Source: Raillietiella orientalis (lineage: Eukaryota). Taken from it: 64,000 nt of DNA. A model generated the notes under the pieces. The model was not told the origin of the DNA. It did not search any database and saw only the letters and a program-made list of their open reading frames with translations. Each line of letters begins with the position of its first letter. The stretch's first letter is position 1. The stretch covers positions 868,001 through 932,000 of the forward strand of contig JAYWIR010000022.1 of NCBI GenBank assembly GCA_036172245.1. The letters run 5' to 3'. The translations under genes were made by a program, and so were the position numbers. Shown here piece by piece: positions 12,001-25,420 of the stretch.

Positions 12001-13079
12001 CCGGAAGGCGCCGCGCCGGATGCCGGATGAGGTGCTGTTCCCATAGCAGCCCTTGAACGGTCCAGACGGCGCTGACTACCTGCGCTCTGACCTCAGCATC
12101 TCACGTAGGAGCACTGATCCTGTCAGCAATCTTGTCGATTGTACGAACGACTGAGAGACCAGCTGCTGCCATCTTCGCGCCCTGGTTTCCAGTGCACGAG
12201 GTCATGGTCCTTTCACCTGACTTTCTACCAACAACCGATTGCTCACCCACCGAGATGCCCCAAACCGGATGCTAGTTGCTCTCTCCGCCGCACGAGGTGT
12301 CTTTTCTCGACAGCAGGCCGAAGCCCAGGATGAGAAGCCGTTGATGCTTTGCCTCCCCCTCAGTTGAGGAGCGAGGAGCTCCTTATCGCGTTTCAGCTCT
12401 CTTCTTCTGCGCACTGCACATTCTCTTTTCCCGCAGGAGTGAATGAATAAGGCCCGGAGAGGAGAGATATCGGAGGGCAAGGGCGATCCAAACTGGTAAC
12501 CACGGTGCCCTCCTCGGGAGCTGAAGAAGAGTATATCTTCCGTGAACACGACTCAGGTCTCTCTCGTCTGCTGCAGTCCGATCCTCGGCGACAATGGGGA
12601 AGCAGGAATGCAGCCAGGAGTCGACGGTGACAGTCCGAAAGGAGCTGGATTTTTCTCTTTTTGTTTGTGAAGCTTCCAAATGGATGGCCTTGAATTCCGA
12701 CGTCGCGGACGCTAGCACGAGCGCAAGAGTCAAAAAGGCAGGAAAATGAGGGTTGCTCGCCATTCCTCCCTCGTCCAGTACTATTGGAGTTCCCTGCTCT
12801 TTCCATACTGGAATCCGGGAAGTTTCCTCTCTCTTCGATGCCATTCCCGCAACCCGAGCAGAAATCGTGCAAGAAATCGCTCCACGACGGATTCTGAGGG
12901 AAACCGGGGTGCATGAGCGGAAGGAATGCCCTGGAAGCTTCGGGTCGGCCTCCACTAGCACCGTTCAATTTACTGGAGTCTTCCCGGAAACTCTGAGCTT
13001 TCGGTGCCAGTGACGAGGAGGAAAGGAATGAGGGCGGGGAAGAGCAAGAAGGTGGAAATCTTCAGGAATCGTTCGCCCT

Positions 13080-16000
13080 TTATTTGATGATGAGCCTCGT
13101 GACTGCAGCGGGAGGCTTCCAGCCCGAACCCGCCCAGGCGGTGGTGGCACGCTTCGCCAGCCATGCGCCCGCACGGACGAGCACAAACGCGCCGCCCGCC
13201 AGGATGACAAGCGTCAGCAGGAACACGTCGACCAGGTAGTATTGGAACCACGAGACGTATCTCGAGGGGTGCCGGATATGAAAGGCTCCTCGGTGGCGCA
13301 GGATGTACTCGATCCAGAAGACAGCCTTCCTGGATGATTGGGCAGAGCTTTCCCGGAATCGACGAGACACCCTCTCGAGGTTTTTTCGGTAACTGGAACG
13401 GAAGGAGCTCATGAAGTACCGTCCAGCCTCGCACCTGTCTTCCTTTCCTTTTCCACCCTCCCTTCCTTCTTCCACCCTGCAGGAGGTGCCCCCCAAACAA
13501 GGATGTTGCTGCTGGCGCTCGGCACCTCCGATCTCCGCACAAAAAACTCGCCCTGGGTCGCTCGGAGGAAAGCGATTTCCTTCCCCTTCCCTCTCTACGT
13601 GAAACGGAGGTTTCAGGAAGACGCGACAGTCCGTTCACGACCCGAAGTCATCAGTGGTTGCAGAAAAAAACTTCCCCCACCTCCCTCTTCCCTCCCCCAT
13701 GCTCTTTTGCGCGCTGTTCTCTCTGTTGATTTCTCTATACTGTTGATGTCTCTTATTCTCAACACATAACGAAGGGCATGTTTTACAGGACGAATCTTGG
13801 CGAAGAAGGAGGAAGGATCTCGCACCGCCCGCCATCTGAAGTCTGCAATCGGTAAACTTGTCATCGGAAAGGCGGCCACGGCTGCTCCCCCTCAACAAGA
13901 TCTGGCCTCTTCCCCCAGGGGCCATGCAGTACCAAGATCGTCCGTGCCTCCCCGATTCTATCGGTTCCCTGCGATCCCAGGTGCTCCCAACCAAGCCGTT
14001 GCTGACGTTCGAGGAAGGCGGCATCTCCCGAAGACTTGGCACGCGCTCCTTCGTTGCCATCTCGACGGCGTTTCGGAAGCGCGACGAGGGCGCCGGGATC
14101 CAACCTGCGGCGCCCTCGTCGCTGCTGGGATCCCGAGGAGACCGGCTCGAATAACAAGAACGGGCGCCCTCCCTCTCCTCCCAGTCCCTCTCCCCCTCCC
14201 TGGTGGTTCGAAGCACCTGCGTCCCTGAAGCAGGACCGTTCTGCATGAACCGCGCACGCACCGCTCGCAGGTTCGGCTCTACGCCAGCGCAAAGGCCGGA
14301 GCATGACCTTCGGGCGGATCAGGCAGTGGCGAGGCGGAACCTGACGCCATGGTGCCCCTTGGTCACGGAGGGCATCCCATACGAAGACGTAGCAGAAGTA
14401 GGACTCTCTCGTGATTCCAGTTCTCCTCTATCTCGGCCATGCACATGGAGACACGCGCATCCAGAGTACCCGGAGAATCTCACGGAGCGCTCAAGTGAGT
14501 GTCCATAACACCCCGTCACTCATGCACAGCAAGCAGCCAGCGCATCCGCCGGGCCCAGGATCGCACGCGTGTCGTTTCATTGTTCCCCTAGTGGACGGTG
14601 GCATGCGCAGGTGCTTCCCTCAATGCTCAGAGACCCCCTGGACCGTTCACGTCCCCTCCAGCGTCTGTTCCGTTCGCCTCGCGGGACTTCCTCCTTCCTG
14701 GATGCCTTAGGAATCCTCTGGCGGAACTCCCTTCCCCCACGAGCTAACCGGAGGAAAGACAAATTCGCCTCCTGCTCTACTGCAGACGCATCCCATCCCT
14801 CCCCTTTCCCTAACAACGTGAGAGCTCGGACAGCACATCTTCTCTGTGACCCGGAAGACGAACGGTTGCTGCACCTAGCACGCTCTGAGACGAGGTCTTC
14901 CCGAGAGACCGCCCGGTCCTTGCCGCTCCGGGTGCTTCTACTCTTTGGTCCAGAGGTTCCAAGGCTCAAGTTCATCGCAGGCTCCAGGCTCCATAGGTAG
15001 CCTCACCTTTACCTCCCATGCGGGATGCGCGCTCGTGCGCTTTCGCGAATCGGATGTTCCCTAGGCAAGGCCCCGGGAGTGGACGCGCACCCGCTGGAGA
15101 AAGCGACGAGCAGATGGAATGGAAGATTGGCAGGATGGGGAGCGCCGGAGGGGATCTCAAGGAGCAGCCACGATAGGCCAAGACCATTACTTTGGTTAAT
15201 GGCTCGTTCCTTGGTAGTCCTTCTGGGACCCGAAGCTTGACCGCAGACGGTAGAAGGCACAAGACGATCCCGGAGAGTGGAGGGAACTCCGAGGGAAGAA
15301 AAGACACTCGGAACTTCGAAGGAAGGATGCAGCATCCTTCTTTTCCTCACCCAACCTGGATAAAAGGTTCGCTCGAACCGTACGGTCAGTCGGATGTGAC
15401 CGTGGTCAGAAGAGGGGACGATGAGTCACCACCTGCGGATTCGAGGGATCTCTTCGTAGAGGTGCAGCGCTCAGCAGCCCGTTCGCACCCTTTCTGCGAC
15501 TCGACATCCCCAATCTCGTGAAGAGAGAAGAAGAAGAGAGAGAGCGAAATAAGGAACAAAGGATGAGCGAACGCGCGGCGGATCTCTGCTGGACCATGGA
15601 GGCTGTTTTCGCTTACTCCCTGCTTCCCGCGACCCTGATGATGCTCTCTCTCAGCCTTTCTGGCTCCAGATCGTAAAGGTCGATCCTCTCTCCCAGGCCG
15701 TGCCGCATTATCAGGTGCGCGTTGAAGTTCTGGTCTTCAAACAGCGGGATGACGACAACTGGCACCCCGTGGTACACTGCCTCATGCGTGCTCAGCAGGC
15801 CTCCGTGGGTCACAAAGGCCTTGATCGACGGGTGCCCTGTTGGAACAAAACCCCTTTCCGTGAGCGCCCGCACCACGCTTCTTTGCGAAGAGCTTACCCA
15901 GGATGTCCTGCTGGGAAACCCAGCGCACCAGCCTGACATTGGGGGGCAGGTCGTCGAGATCCCTGTCCCACTTCATCACGACTTGGAACGGGAGCGCTCG

Positions 16001-17529
16001 GAAGGCCTCCAGCAGGCTGGCGAGCAGCTCCTCCTTGCTCCTCTCCGTGGGGAAGACGGTCCCGAAGCTGAAGTAGATCCATCCAGAGCCGTTGCTTCTT
16101 TGGACGAATTGTTCCAGGTCCTGAAAGGCGAATAGGATACTCGTCCGGGTGATCGCTCGGCACCGTCATCGAAGCCGCCCGCAGCAGACGCCGCCGGCGT
16201 ACCCACCCGCGTCACCGGGACCGCATCGCGGACGGAAGGACCTCGGCGCTCCCGTCACTCACGGAGGTCGGTTCTCGGAAGGGACGCGAGACGCGGAGCC
16301 TTCCCTGGGGGATGAGAGCAACGAGAGTCAGGCGAAGGGCGAATCGCTGCACCTCTCCGGAGCATCCTTCCCTCTCCCATTTGGACCTCGTCCCCCTAGT
16401 TGCCAGGGAGCGCAGCCTCAAACGGCGGAGCTCTCCGGAGTTCCCACACCGCCGCGTCCTCTTTGTTCCTTCGGGACCCCTAAGAGTCGACCAACCTCCC
16501 TCCCTTCACGCCGGGAAGAGGCCCTCCGGCGCTCGAACAACCCGAGTGTGGGCTCCCGTCCTCAGCTGATCCTTGGTTCTCAAGAGGAGCGCCCGCGGTT
16601 CTCGCGACCTTAAAGGCACGGAGATGCTCCTTCAGGCTCGTCCTGTCGGGAAGCCCGCGGCCGTCCGGGAGCATTACCTGCGAGAGAGGTCTCGGCTCCT
16701 GGAGGTGGATCCCTCCGATCTCGACCATATTCGGAAGGAGGGACCTGGAGTACTCGAAGCTATGGTGCTGGTTGATCAGGAAGAGACTGGCGTTCCCCTG
16801 GAGGTCGAACAGGTCGTTGACGTCTAGGCTCTCGTTGCGGTAGAGCTTGAAGTAGCTCTTGATGGTGGGCAGGATGGTGAACCGGAGGTACAGATGGTTG
16901 AAGACGTCCAGTATGAAGTTCTGTAGCCTGTCGAGGAAGCTCATCCCGTCATCAAACGCGAACATGATGTTCGGGTTGAACGAGGGCAGCGTGCTTGCGC
17001 CAATTCCCCTCAGGTAGTAGTTGTAGGGGCTGGCGGTGCTGAGGAACACTAAGGGGACGCCCATGTTCTTCAGGAGGACCCAGGAGCAGAAGTTCGTGAA
17101 CATGTCCTGTATCACCAGGTCGAAGCCGCTCTCCCTGCTCATGACCCTCTTCACGGTCTCCTGCTGGAGCGACACCTCGCAGACCTTGAGGTCCATATCT
17201 AGCAATGAGATCCTACTCCGCAGAGCCTGGAGCAGCGTGCGAGGAACCTTCAGTTTTAAAATGACTTTTTCAAATCGTAACTTCATATGAAGGCGCCGGT
17301 TGCCCTCCACGAGGACGACGGTAACGTTTTCGATCTCCTCTGTGACGGGAATCGGGGTGAGGATGTGGATTTGGTGTCCCTTCCGAGACAGCTCGCGGGC
17401 AACTCTGAGGAAGATGGTCTGGTGGCTGGGCCCGGAGTGCAAGAGGGACATGAGGATGCTCTTCGGCTGGCAGCTCCCGAGCAGGCACGTGAGCAGGCAT
17501 GCCAAGGGCAGCGCGTGGCTCTTCAGCAT
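13080..17529 (-). CDS. UDP-glycosyltransferase (UDP-glucuronosyl/glucosyltransferase, GT1 family), 4 exons, 535 aa
   Basis: Exons 17529-16678 (852 nt), 16120-15898 (223), 15836-15617 (220) and 13392-13080 (313), all GT-AG, total 1608 nt. Contains a signal peptide, the catalytic-His motif SH, PNMVEIGGIH, IYFSFGT, the UGT signature [65 protein letters not shown] and a C-terminal TM helix. Confidence 0.96.
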
Positions 17530-20199
17530 GGCTTCAGGCGTGGTCGTTCGGTCAGCACTTCGCGCGCGCTCTCGACGGGAGAGAAGAGGGCAACAACGAC
17601 CGGTCTACGAACCCCCTGGTCAACCTCAGATTCCCGGGTTAGGAAGGCCCCGGCCACTTTTGACTCTTTTCTTTTGGCAAATTTTTGGTTCAGAAATGCT
17701 GAAACGAAAACAAACGCCACGTGAATTTTGCCTCGGGGATTGTCGAATTGCGATCTTGACCCCGCGCAGGACATCTTTTGCGAGAGTGGACAGTCGTTCC
17801 GGACTCGCACAAGCATACTTCGTCACTCCACCTCACACGCCGGCTGAGAATCGGGATGAGCTGCAAGAAGACCGTCGAGACGCGATCCAGGATGGCAAGG
17901 CTTAGCGAGGTTCCGACAGGTCACCGTTTTCGCGCGCTGTCCTGCTTGACGCTCTGAGGGGCGCGGTGCCCGGCGCCAAATCTGGGAGAGGCTCTCCTCG
18001 AACAGGTTTCAGGCTTCGCGCCGGCTGTTTCCATGGCTTTCCGCGGTCCCCTTCATCGTCCCATGATCCAAGTCCCCTTCATCGTGGGGCTCAACTCTCT
18101 TCCTTACCGGGAACCCGCTCGGGAAGAAAACTACCAGAAATTCGCTACCGCAGTTTGGACTCGGCTCTTTGTCACGGGACGGCCGATTGCTGCCTAACTG
18201 CTCGATCGATTCCCCGTAGGTGGTGCTAGCGAGGACCCACCGATCTTCGTTCCCGATCGACAGTAGGGCGTCTTTCTTCTCGTGGAAACTCCCGCAAGTT
18301 TGTGAACTCCCAAAGCCAGGAATGGCAGGCGGAAAGGAGGAGGAGGAGCATCCGAAAGCTCTGCTGCGACCCCTCGAGCTTGCAGGAGCTCCGGCCGCGT
18401 GTTCCAGCAGGATGTCAGAGTCGGGACGCGCCTCGAACAGATTCGTCCGTCCTCGCCCGCTGGTGCTCTCTGAACGATCGAATCCGTGTGGGAAACCCAG
18501 GAGCTCCCGTTCGTCGGATTCGCCAGCGAACGTGCTCCTCCTCACCGTGCCGGAGCTGCCATGGGAACAGCCTGCCGACGGCACCACAGACGCGAGAGTA
18601 TGCCACCGATCTTCCCTGCAGGCCAATTCTTCTTCTCGACCTTGACCCTTTCCGATTCGTCGGCAAACGATCCGAGGTCCTTCTTGCGTTCTTCTCGGTA
18701 ATCATATTCCAGGAGAGGGAGAAGAAAAAATTTCCCAAAGCATTCCCCTGAAATTCACCCAAAAACATGCGGAACTCTCTCAAGAGTAACTTCAGAGTCT
18801 CGTCGATCCTATCACTGAAATCGGACTCCTACCGTAGTATCCTTTCCGGGAATCCTGGTGCATCCCCTCAGGAAGAGCTCTTCGTCCTTTTTTTTTTTTT
18901 TCATGCAGCTCTCTCTGCACGCTGCACGACAAGAGAGAGACTCCTCCGCCAAGTGGATCCAGTATCTCCAAAGAAACGTTTCAGATCTTGCCAAGAGCCA
19001 CCATTATGAGTCGGATTTTCCCGAAGGCCCCAGCAGTCCACAGAACGATATTCAGGGAAGGCCTGCCTGGAATTCTTGATGTTTGCGTCTTTGTTTCTCC
19101 TCTTTCACCTTCCCTTTTTCATTTTCGAATTTTTATTCATCTCTTCTGCTCCTCAGGGCGTTCCAGATGCGAAAAATATACATTCCCCCCTCTCCATATC
19201 AAGCAGGAATCCTCGTTCCTTCCAGAGATATATCCAAAAAGTCTTCATAAGAATCTGCCAGAGTTGCACTTTTCAGAATCGGCGTGAAATGACGTTAAGT
19301 TAAGATCCCACCTCCCCCGGGAAGTCGAAGGGGCGAACTTCCCTTTCTCCTGGAACAAGAACTTTCAGCCTCAGCCCTCTGGCAGCCTGGCGTCGCCATT
19401 GGGTTCCAGTGGAGCCCACGTGGAAAAGGGAGACCGTGGAGCAAAAGGAGCGCAACGAGACGGAGAAAAAATCCAGGGATTAGTGTCGGCGGATCCTGGA
19501 GATTTGGGACGCGAAAGAGGGTCACGTGAGCCGCAGCACCCGAAGGTCTCACCATACACCTGGCATGCCCCGAGCGCGACCAGCAGAGACTTTAGAGGTG
19601 ACTCTGCAGCAGCACGACAGGTGGTTGTCCGAGTGAAGGGCTGAAGGCACCTGAACGTGACACTTTGAAGAGGCGTAGAGAAAAAAGGGAAGAAAAGGCA
19701 AGAAAGACGCAATGATCCCCCCCAATGATCCGCCTTCCAGAGTCCCATATCAAGCATCCACGGGTGCGCCAGGAGACATGCGGGGGCTCTTGGTGTTGAC
19801 CACAGCATCTTTCACACGACCACATGACCAGATCATACCGCACATTCAAGGTGATGAATCCGAGGACGACCCGATCAGCAACTTGAAGGACGGCGGTAAA
19901 GGACTGGATTTCCCACGGAAGACGGCGGCAGCAGCCGATATGAACTCTCAAGCACTCGCCAAACCCATTGCCTCCTCCCCTCCATCCGACCTATCTTACA
20001 ACAGTGCACCCAAGGTAGCCCTGTTTTGCCTTCATGCTCCATCATAGGTGTGGCAGTCATAAGGGAACTCAGTCGTGGACTCCGCGGAAGGGCTCCTTGG
20101 AAAAAAGCACAAAGTTTGCCAACCCGACCTTTTCTTGACTTGCAGGGAGAGATCTGGAAGGAAAGACACGTAGGTACTCTCTCCGCTCCATTAGGAAAC

Positions 20200-21000
20200 C
20201 GGATGGATGCATTCCATTAGGGCTTCGGCTGCCGCCGAGGCACCTGTAGCTCTGTGTACACTTTCCTGGTTGGTATCCTGGGTAGGCGGTCGTCTGGGGT
20301 TGAGCTCCAGGCGCGAAAAGCTCCCCATCGTGGAAAGAAATTCACTTGAGGTGAACTGTGTTTCGTCACATGATGCATGAAACTGTTTTCTTGGGTCCTG
20401 ACAAGAGTTGAAATCTTTTCGAAGCGCACGGAGGCAGACGCCCCTCCATGGTAACTCCCGGAATTCGAGTTCGCGCACGGCCACCGCAGCGCCATTCATT
20501 CCAGTGTCTCGCGGAGAAATAGCGGAACCTGAAAGTGAGCCCAACTGGACATCGGCAAAGTGTTATGATAGAACACGGTAATGCACAAAAAGTTCGACGG
20601 CGAAAGTGCAGACAGCCTCAAGTCTTGTATGGGTGAAAATCGGTGTCCCTCATCTGGAAGTCATCTTTTGCCTCCAGACGGGATGCAAAGTAGGGAACCG
20701 TCCTGAGACTTGAATGGAGAGGCTGTTGGCAGCACGGGAGCCGGAGAGGAACTCCTAATCAACGTCGTGTTCCTCACTGATCAGAGTGGCCACAGGAAGC
20801 ATAGTTCGAAGAAAGCAGAAACGGGGGATCGATGGTATGCGCTGAGGTCCATAGAGGCGAAAAGAACCGCTAGAAGATGCAAACTCATTCGAATGGATGA
20901 TGCCCGCTTTCTTGTGAATAGATCTGCACAGCTCGGATGCTGCAGTGTATGGACGAGAACGGATTGCACTTCTGAGTTTGAGATCCTCGAGCAGCTTGCC
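20200..21000 (-). mobile_element. Decayed RTE-clade LINE, 3' end of ORF2
   Basis: PYFASRLEAKDD (~20680, FPYLGS-like), CLRALRKDFNSCQDPR (CLRxILxIxWQD-like) and RW...PDDRLPR..RKVYTELQ (RWxGHVxRMPDDRLPKxxLYxEL-like) occur in order, with frameshifts. Confidence 0.5.
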
Positions 21001-22399
21001 TCAAAAGCAGTAAGCGAACAACGGTCACAACGAACCAAAAAATGTGACTCGAATTGCTGAGATGTCGAGAAGAATTCATTTCATCAATTAGTCCACCCGA
21101 TTATACCTATGCTATGGGAAAAAAAAAAATTCAAAATTGCTACTGTTTAGATGTTTCCGGAAAGCTCCGCCTGCACCTGTCCTTCCCATCCTATGCTACA
21201 AACAGATTCCTCACAATGACCCACTGAATCTAAGACAATGGGTCAGAGCTATGGCGATCACGACACCGGCAAGATCAGCGAGGCAGTTTGCATTCTGTCG
21301 TGCTGCGTAGCATCATCACCACACCAAAGTTTCCAAAGCAACAAAAGCACGATGAAACCTTTAGCTCAGCATAAGCACATAAAGGGTACTCTCCTAATAA
21401 TGATAATTAATACCTTCATTCCACCCTATTGAGACTTCCCCACCTAGTCAGGCAGTAGCACCTGATGCCTGTAATTTCAGTTTATATGATTTGAGACGCA
21501 TTTTTGCGAGGACTGCGTCTGGCCAACGGCTTTGCTGACTTGATTTCTTCCTCCAGTTCTTCCTGAAGCTTTTATTAGGTCATTAGCCCATGTTTTTGAG
21601 CGTTTAATTTGAAACTTTGTAGTTTGTGAGCTCTCCTTCGCAAATGCTCCTTCACCGATAATTATTGACCTCGTTCGATCTGAATGACTTCTCTCGGACA
21701 CAATTTTATCGGGTGCATTCCCCTAAACTGAATCTTCTCTTTCCTGGCCTTTTTGCCCCAGTGAATTATTTATTGAACACCGACCGGAACTGTTTTAGTC
21801 CAGTTTTATTGTGATGCGAATAACTTTAGTTACAAAAAAAAGTTCCTAATGCTTTGCTCTTCGTATTTAGATTTTTCATCTTTTTTGGTGGAATCTCCAC
21901 TGGGGTTTGATCATCATGTGGCGTTGTTGATGGTCTTGTTCCTGCACTGCTGCCCTCCTTCTTAGCCTTTGCCGTTCAGGTTCTTCAATAGTTTTAGCCA
22001 CTTCTAACCTTTTTTGGCTTCAGTTGTTCGTATTATGGAACGTGGTTCTTAGATTTATCTCCGCACAGTGAGTACTCACCAACAGCAGGCATGCCACTAA
22101 TTCATTGAGTCGTCCTTCTTTTTCCCTTTCTGTTTCTCTTCGTGTTTTAAGGCATCAATCTTCTGCTTTTCATTTGCTCCTTGATTATTGCGCATCCACT
22201 GTGTGACTCAATCTTGCTGAATCTTGATGTTTACTTTTCGGAATTCCTTCAAATGCAGTGTTAGGCACCTGCGTTTAATCTCGTAAAGCAGAACCGTGCT
22301 CCAACTTACGGGTGGTGCAATCTCACTGCCTGTAAGTTCGAGTACTCTTTCCTAGCTATCTACTGCCATCCCGTGAGCCACAATCGTAGCTTTTTGTGC

Positions 22400-23450
22400 T
22401 TTCCACCGTGGCTGTTTGATGCCTGAGACATCGGTAGCTACTAAACGGATTGAGTTCCATTCCTTGGAGGAAGGAGTCTGTTAACAAAAAAGTTCTTGGC
22501 TGACTTAGCGACCTGCAACAACAAACAGATTGCGTGCAAACGGACGTGACCCTCTGAACATACAACTCTCAGCAGAGGCTGAGAAGCTGCAAGGAGGCTA
22601 CTGTATCTTTTCTTTCAAAAAGATTCAGCCTCTGGATCCTTTCTTTTGGAGCCTCCGGAGGAATGGAGGTTGGATGAACCCCTCTCTTTGCTCCCACAAG
22701 CCAATGCCAACATCCGTCCCTAGGAACACTACTGAGAAACACGATTTTCTTTTGTCTTGCACCTCACCAAGCAACTGCAGCCGTCACTCAGAACAAGAAT
22801 AAACGAAACGAAACTCCTAACATTTTGCGAGCACTTGACTTCATCTCAACTGTTCTAAATTCTGTTGCATCGCAGCTCGATCTCTTCTAGATGCCTTGGT
22901 GCGCCCCATGCTGACTCGCATTCTTTCTCCCCTTTCTTGGAAATAGGAGTGATTCCTCTACTTCTGCACGGAACAGCTGCCACCCTCTCTTCTCATTGAA
23001 GCAACAGAAAGCATTGAAGAGATGCCATCACTCAAGTCCGTCTTTCATTCTACTGCCCCTTCCACACACGCAACGCCGTTTCTTCCTAGAACTTTGATGG
23101 CAACATTCCTCTGAATGGCCATTCGGTATTTTTCTGTGATATTCCTCATAAGCAGCATCACAGATAGTGTCTTCTTCCGTGCAGCATCAAACGTAGCTGT
23201 TCCCCATTCCATTCACTTCCTCAACTACGGAACCACATGCGGCGTTTTTTCAACAGCGCCACGTTCGGCACAATTTCTCTCATGGACAGCATCTCATCTG
23301 AAGGGCCGAACCACGGCAGTATCGACGAGAGTAGGACTTTGCAACCATCTCCCTCTCCATTCCTTGCATCACTTTCCAAACTCGATGAATGAAAGCTCGG
23401 GTCTTTGTTCCTGACCTCCTCCACAGAACGCACAAGTCGATCGTGATGAA
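22400..23450 (-). mobile_element. Decayed LINE reverse-transcriptase N-terminal half
   Basis: ITEKYRMAIQRNVAIKVLGRNGV (ITxxEVxxAI...KAPGxDGI-like), GITPISKKGEK (ITPIxKKGDK-like) and TQSVCCCRSLSQPRT...FLQGMELNP (QxV...PQGSxLxP-like) occur in order. Confidence 0.5.
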
Positions 23451-25139
23451 TAATGACCGCACGCTCTAAGCTCACGGCGTCCCCTCTCCGGGCGCCAACT
23501 CGTTGTCTTCCTCGATGAGGTCCAGAAAAAGGAAAGAAGCAAACCTCTTCGGTAGTCGAGCCGGTCTTTCAGTCGTTCTTTCTGGAAGGTATCATCGTCT
23601 CCTCGAAGAGCTGGATCCCTCCTCCATCTCGAACCTGCTGCTTTGCGCGGCATCAAGCGGATGCACCCCCGACCCCTTGGTGAGCCGCTCATCTCCGGAA
23701 GCTACGCCCCAAAAACCACTGATTCCCGTTCCGCCCCAGGGTCTCCCATGCACCCTGCCTACCGTCCGAGGAAGAGTTCTGGAGGACGCCGACAGTCCAC
23801 CTTCGCCACCTGTTCTTCTAAAGCACTCTATCACCGAGCCCTACCCCGTGACGCCGGATTTTTGCGATCCCATCGGGATTTGTCTCGGGTTGTTGCCGCT
23901 GGCGGGCTCCGACTTCCCAGAAAGGCACGTCGGTACGCTTGCAGGAATATGAGAACGGGAGATGCCGGGAAGCGGCAGGATGGAGTCCGACGCCATCGGA
24001 AAAACACCACCGTAGCTCCCCAAGAGCATCCATCATCTAGCCGTCTCCATGGAGAGCCATAGAGTTTGACATGAGAGAGGAAGGAAGTGTCCTTCGTAGT
24101 GGCTCTTCTTCGGACGTTCTCTCCTCCGGAAGGGCCACACAATGGGAAAGGTGCTGGGAGGATAGCGTAGAAGCAATCCCCACAAGAGAGAGGAAGGAAG
24201 CACAAGGTTCTGGATAACGGAGATTCAGGGAACGAGGGAGGGACCTCGCAACTGGGGAAAAGGCTCCTGCGGGGAAACTCAGAGTGCGTCCTCTCCTCTC
24301 CCTGTTCGGAGTCTTCCTTCCCCCCCCCCCTTTCCTCTCTTCTTCGACATCCCCCTCCGTGTGACGCAGATGGTTAGCAGCCCGGGAAGACGTCAGATGG
24401 GAGCAGCGGAGGGCGTTCACTCCGGAGAGTTCACGAACGGCGTCCTTCGTCGTAGTTGAGGCCCCTGAACCGGAGGTGGATTCCCGCGCAAGATCGGCGC
24501 AGTCTTCCGGATGTTAGTTTGAAGCGAAGTAGGAAGGCGGGTTGGAGGTGAGAAAGGGATGTGGACTCAGGGATCCACACTACTCACATTGTGGGAGTCC
24601 TCCGGAAACGGTCGAGAGGGGATGCTCGACTGCAGAGCTCTCTTCGTTGGTGCTCTCCTCCCGGGTTCCCTCGAGGGCTCGTCCGCGTCAGATGCTCCGA
24701 TCCGTGCAATCCGAAGCACCCGGCTGCGCACTGAGATCTTCTCTGGGAGCATCTGCACGACTCTCCTCCCTCCTCTTAGAACAGAGAGCGAAAATCACGA
24801 GAAAGGGCATCACCGAAGAGCGGCGGCTGCGTGCGCACATCCGCCTCCTCCGGAGAAACCTCTCTCTCCTCCTCCTCCTCCTTTTCCTCTTCCTCGCTCC
24901 TCTTTTTTTTTTCTTCCTCTCTCATTCAGGCCTCTGCTTCAAGATCGAGCATGAATCATCCAGCAGGAAGGACCTTCTCTCCTTTCCCCAGTTGGAACCG
25001 GAAACGTCCAACCCATACGGCACCAGCCAGGCGAGATTTCCGGGAGGATCTCACGGAGCTGGAGGGCAGTGAGACGGGAATGCGCAAAGGTTCGAGAGTT
25101 GACGGGACCTTCCTTCCGGTAGGCGTACCACGCCCGGAG

Positions 25140-25420
25140 TGCTCACTGAAGCTGCGTGGGCATCCGCAAAGGGCTCTCCCTTCTCCTCCTCCTCCTTTGT
25201 TCTGCACGAGTCTGGGTTGCATTTCCTGGCTGTCGGGAGGGAGCCGCATCCCTGTCTATTCAACTTCGTAAAGTGGTTCCAGGAGGAGGAATCGTGGGTG
25301 AATTCAGACATTCTCTTCCTTTCTCTGTTCTCGACCACGCGGTGGTAGCAGCCGAAGACACGCTCCCAAACTTCCTCGAGGCCTGCCGCGGGATCATGAA
25401 TCCCGTCCCGACAGCAACGG
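25140..25420 (+). mobile_element. Possible Mutator-like (MULE) transposase C-terminal remnant
   Basis: HPCLFNFVKWFQEEES followed by TLPNFLEAC resembles the HPxIWxFIxxLxxEE...YLxA tail of animal MULE transposases. Short and weak. Confidence 0.28.

Noticed and set aside
18642..19298. Possible piggyBac-type MITE (ttgacccttt ... gaaatgacgttaa)
   Set aside because: The termini are too degenerate to pair convincingly and there is no clean TTAA duplication.
21900..22200. Gag-like peptide KRLEVAKTIEEPERQ on the minus strand
   Set aside because: A single weak motif with stops, not enough to call an LTR element.
23545..23653. Candidate first SLC26 exon (MPRK...TFQKERLKDRLDYRR G|GTTTGC, phase 1) that would nest the UGT in an intron
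   Set aside because: It resembles the SLC26 N-terminal Y/FxxxxLxxxxxY pattern, but the donor is weak and it directly abuts and is collinear with the LINE remnant, where it fits the EN-RT linker equally well. Needs 5' RACE.
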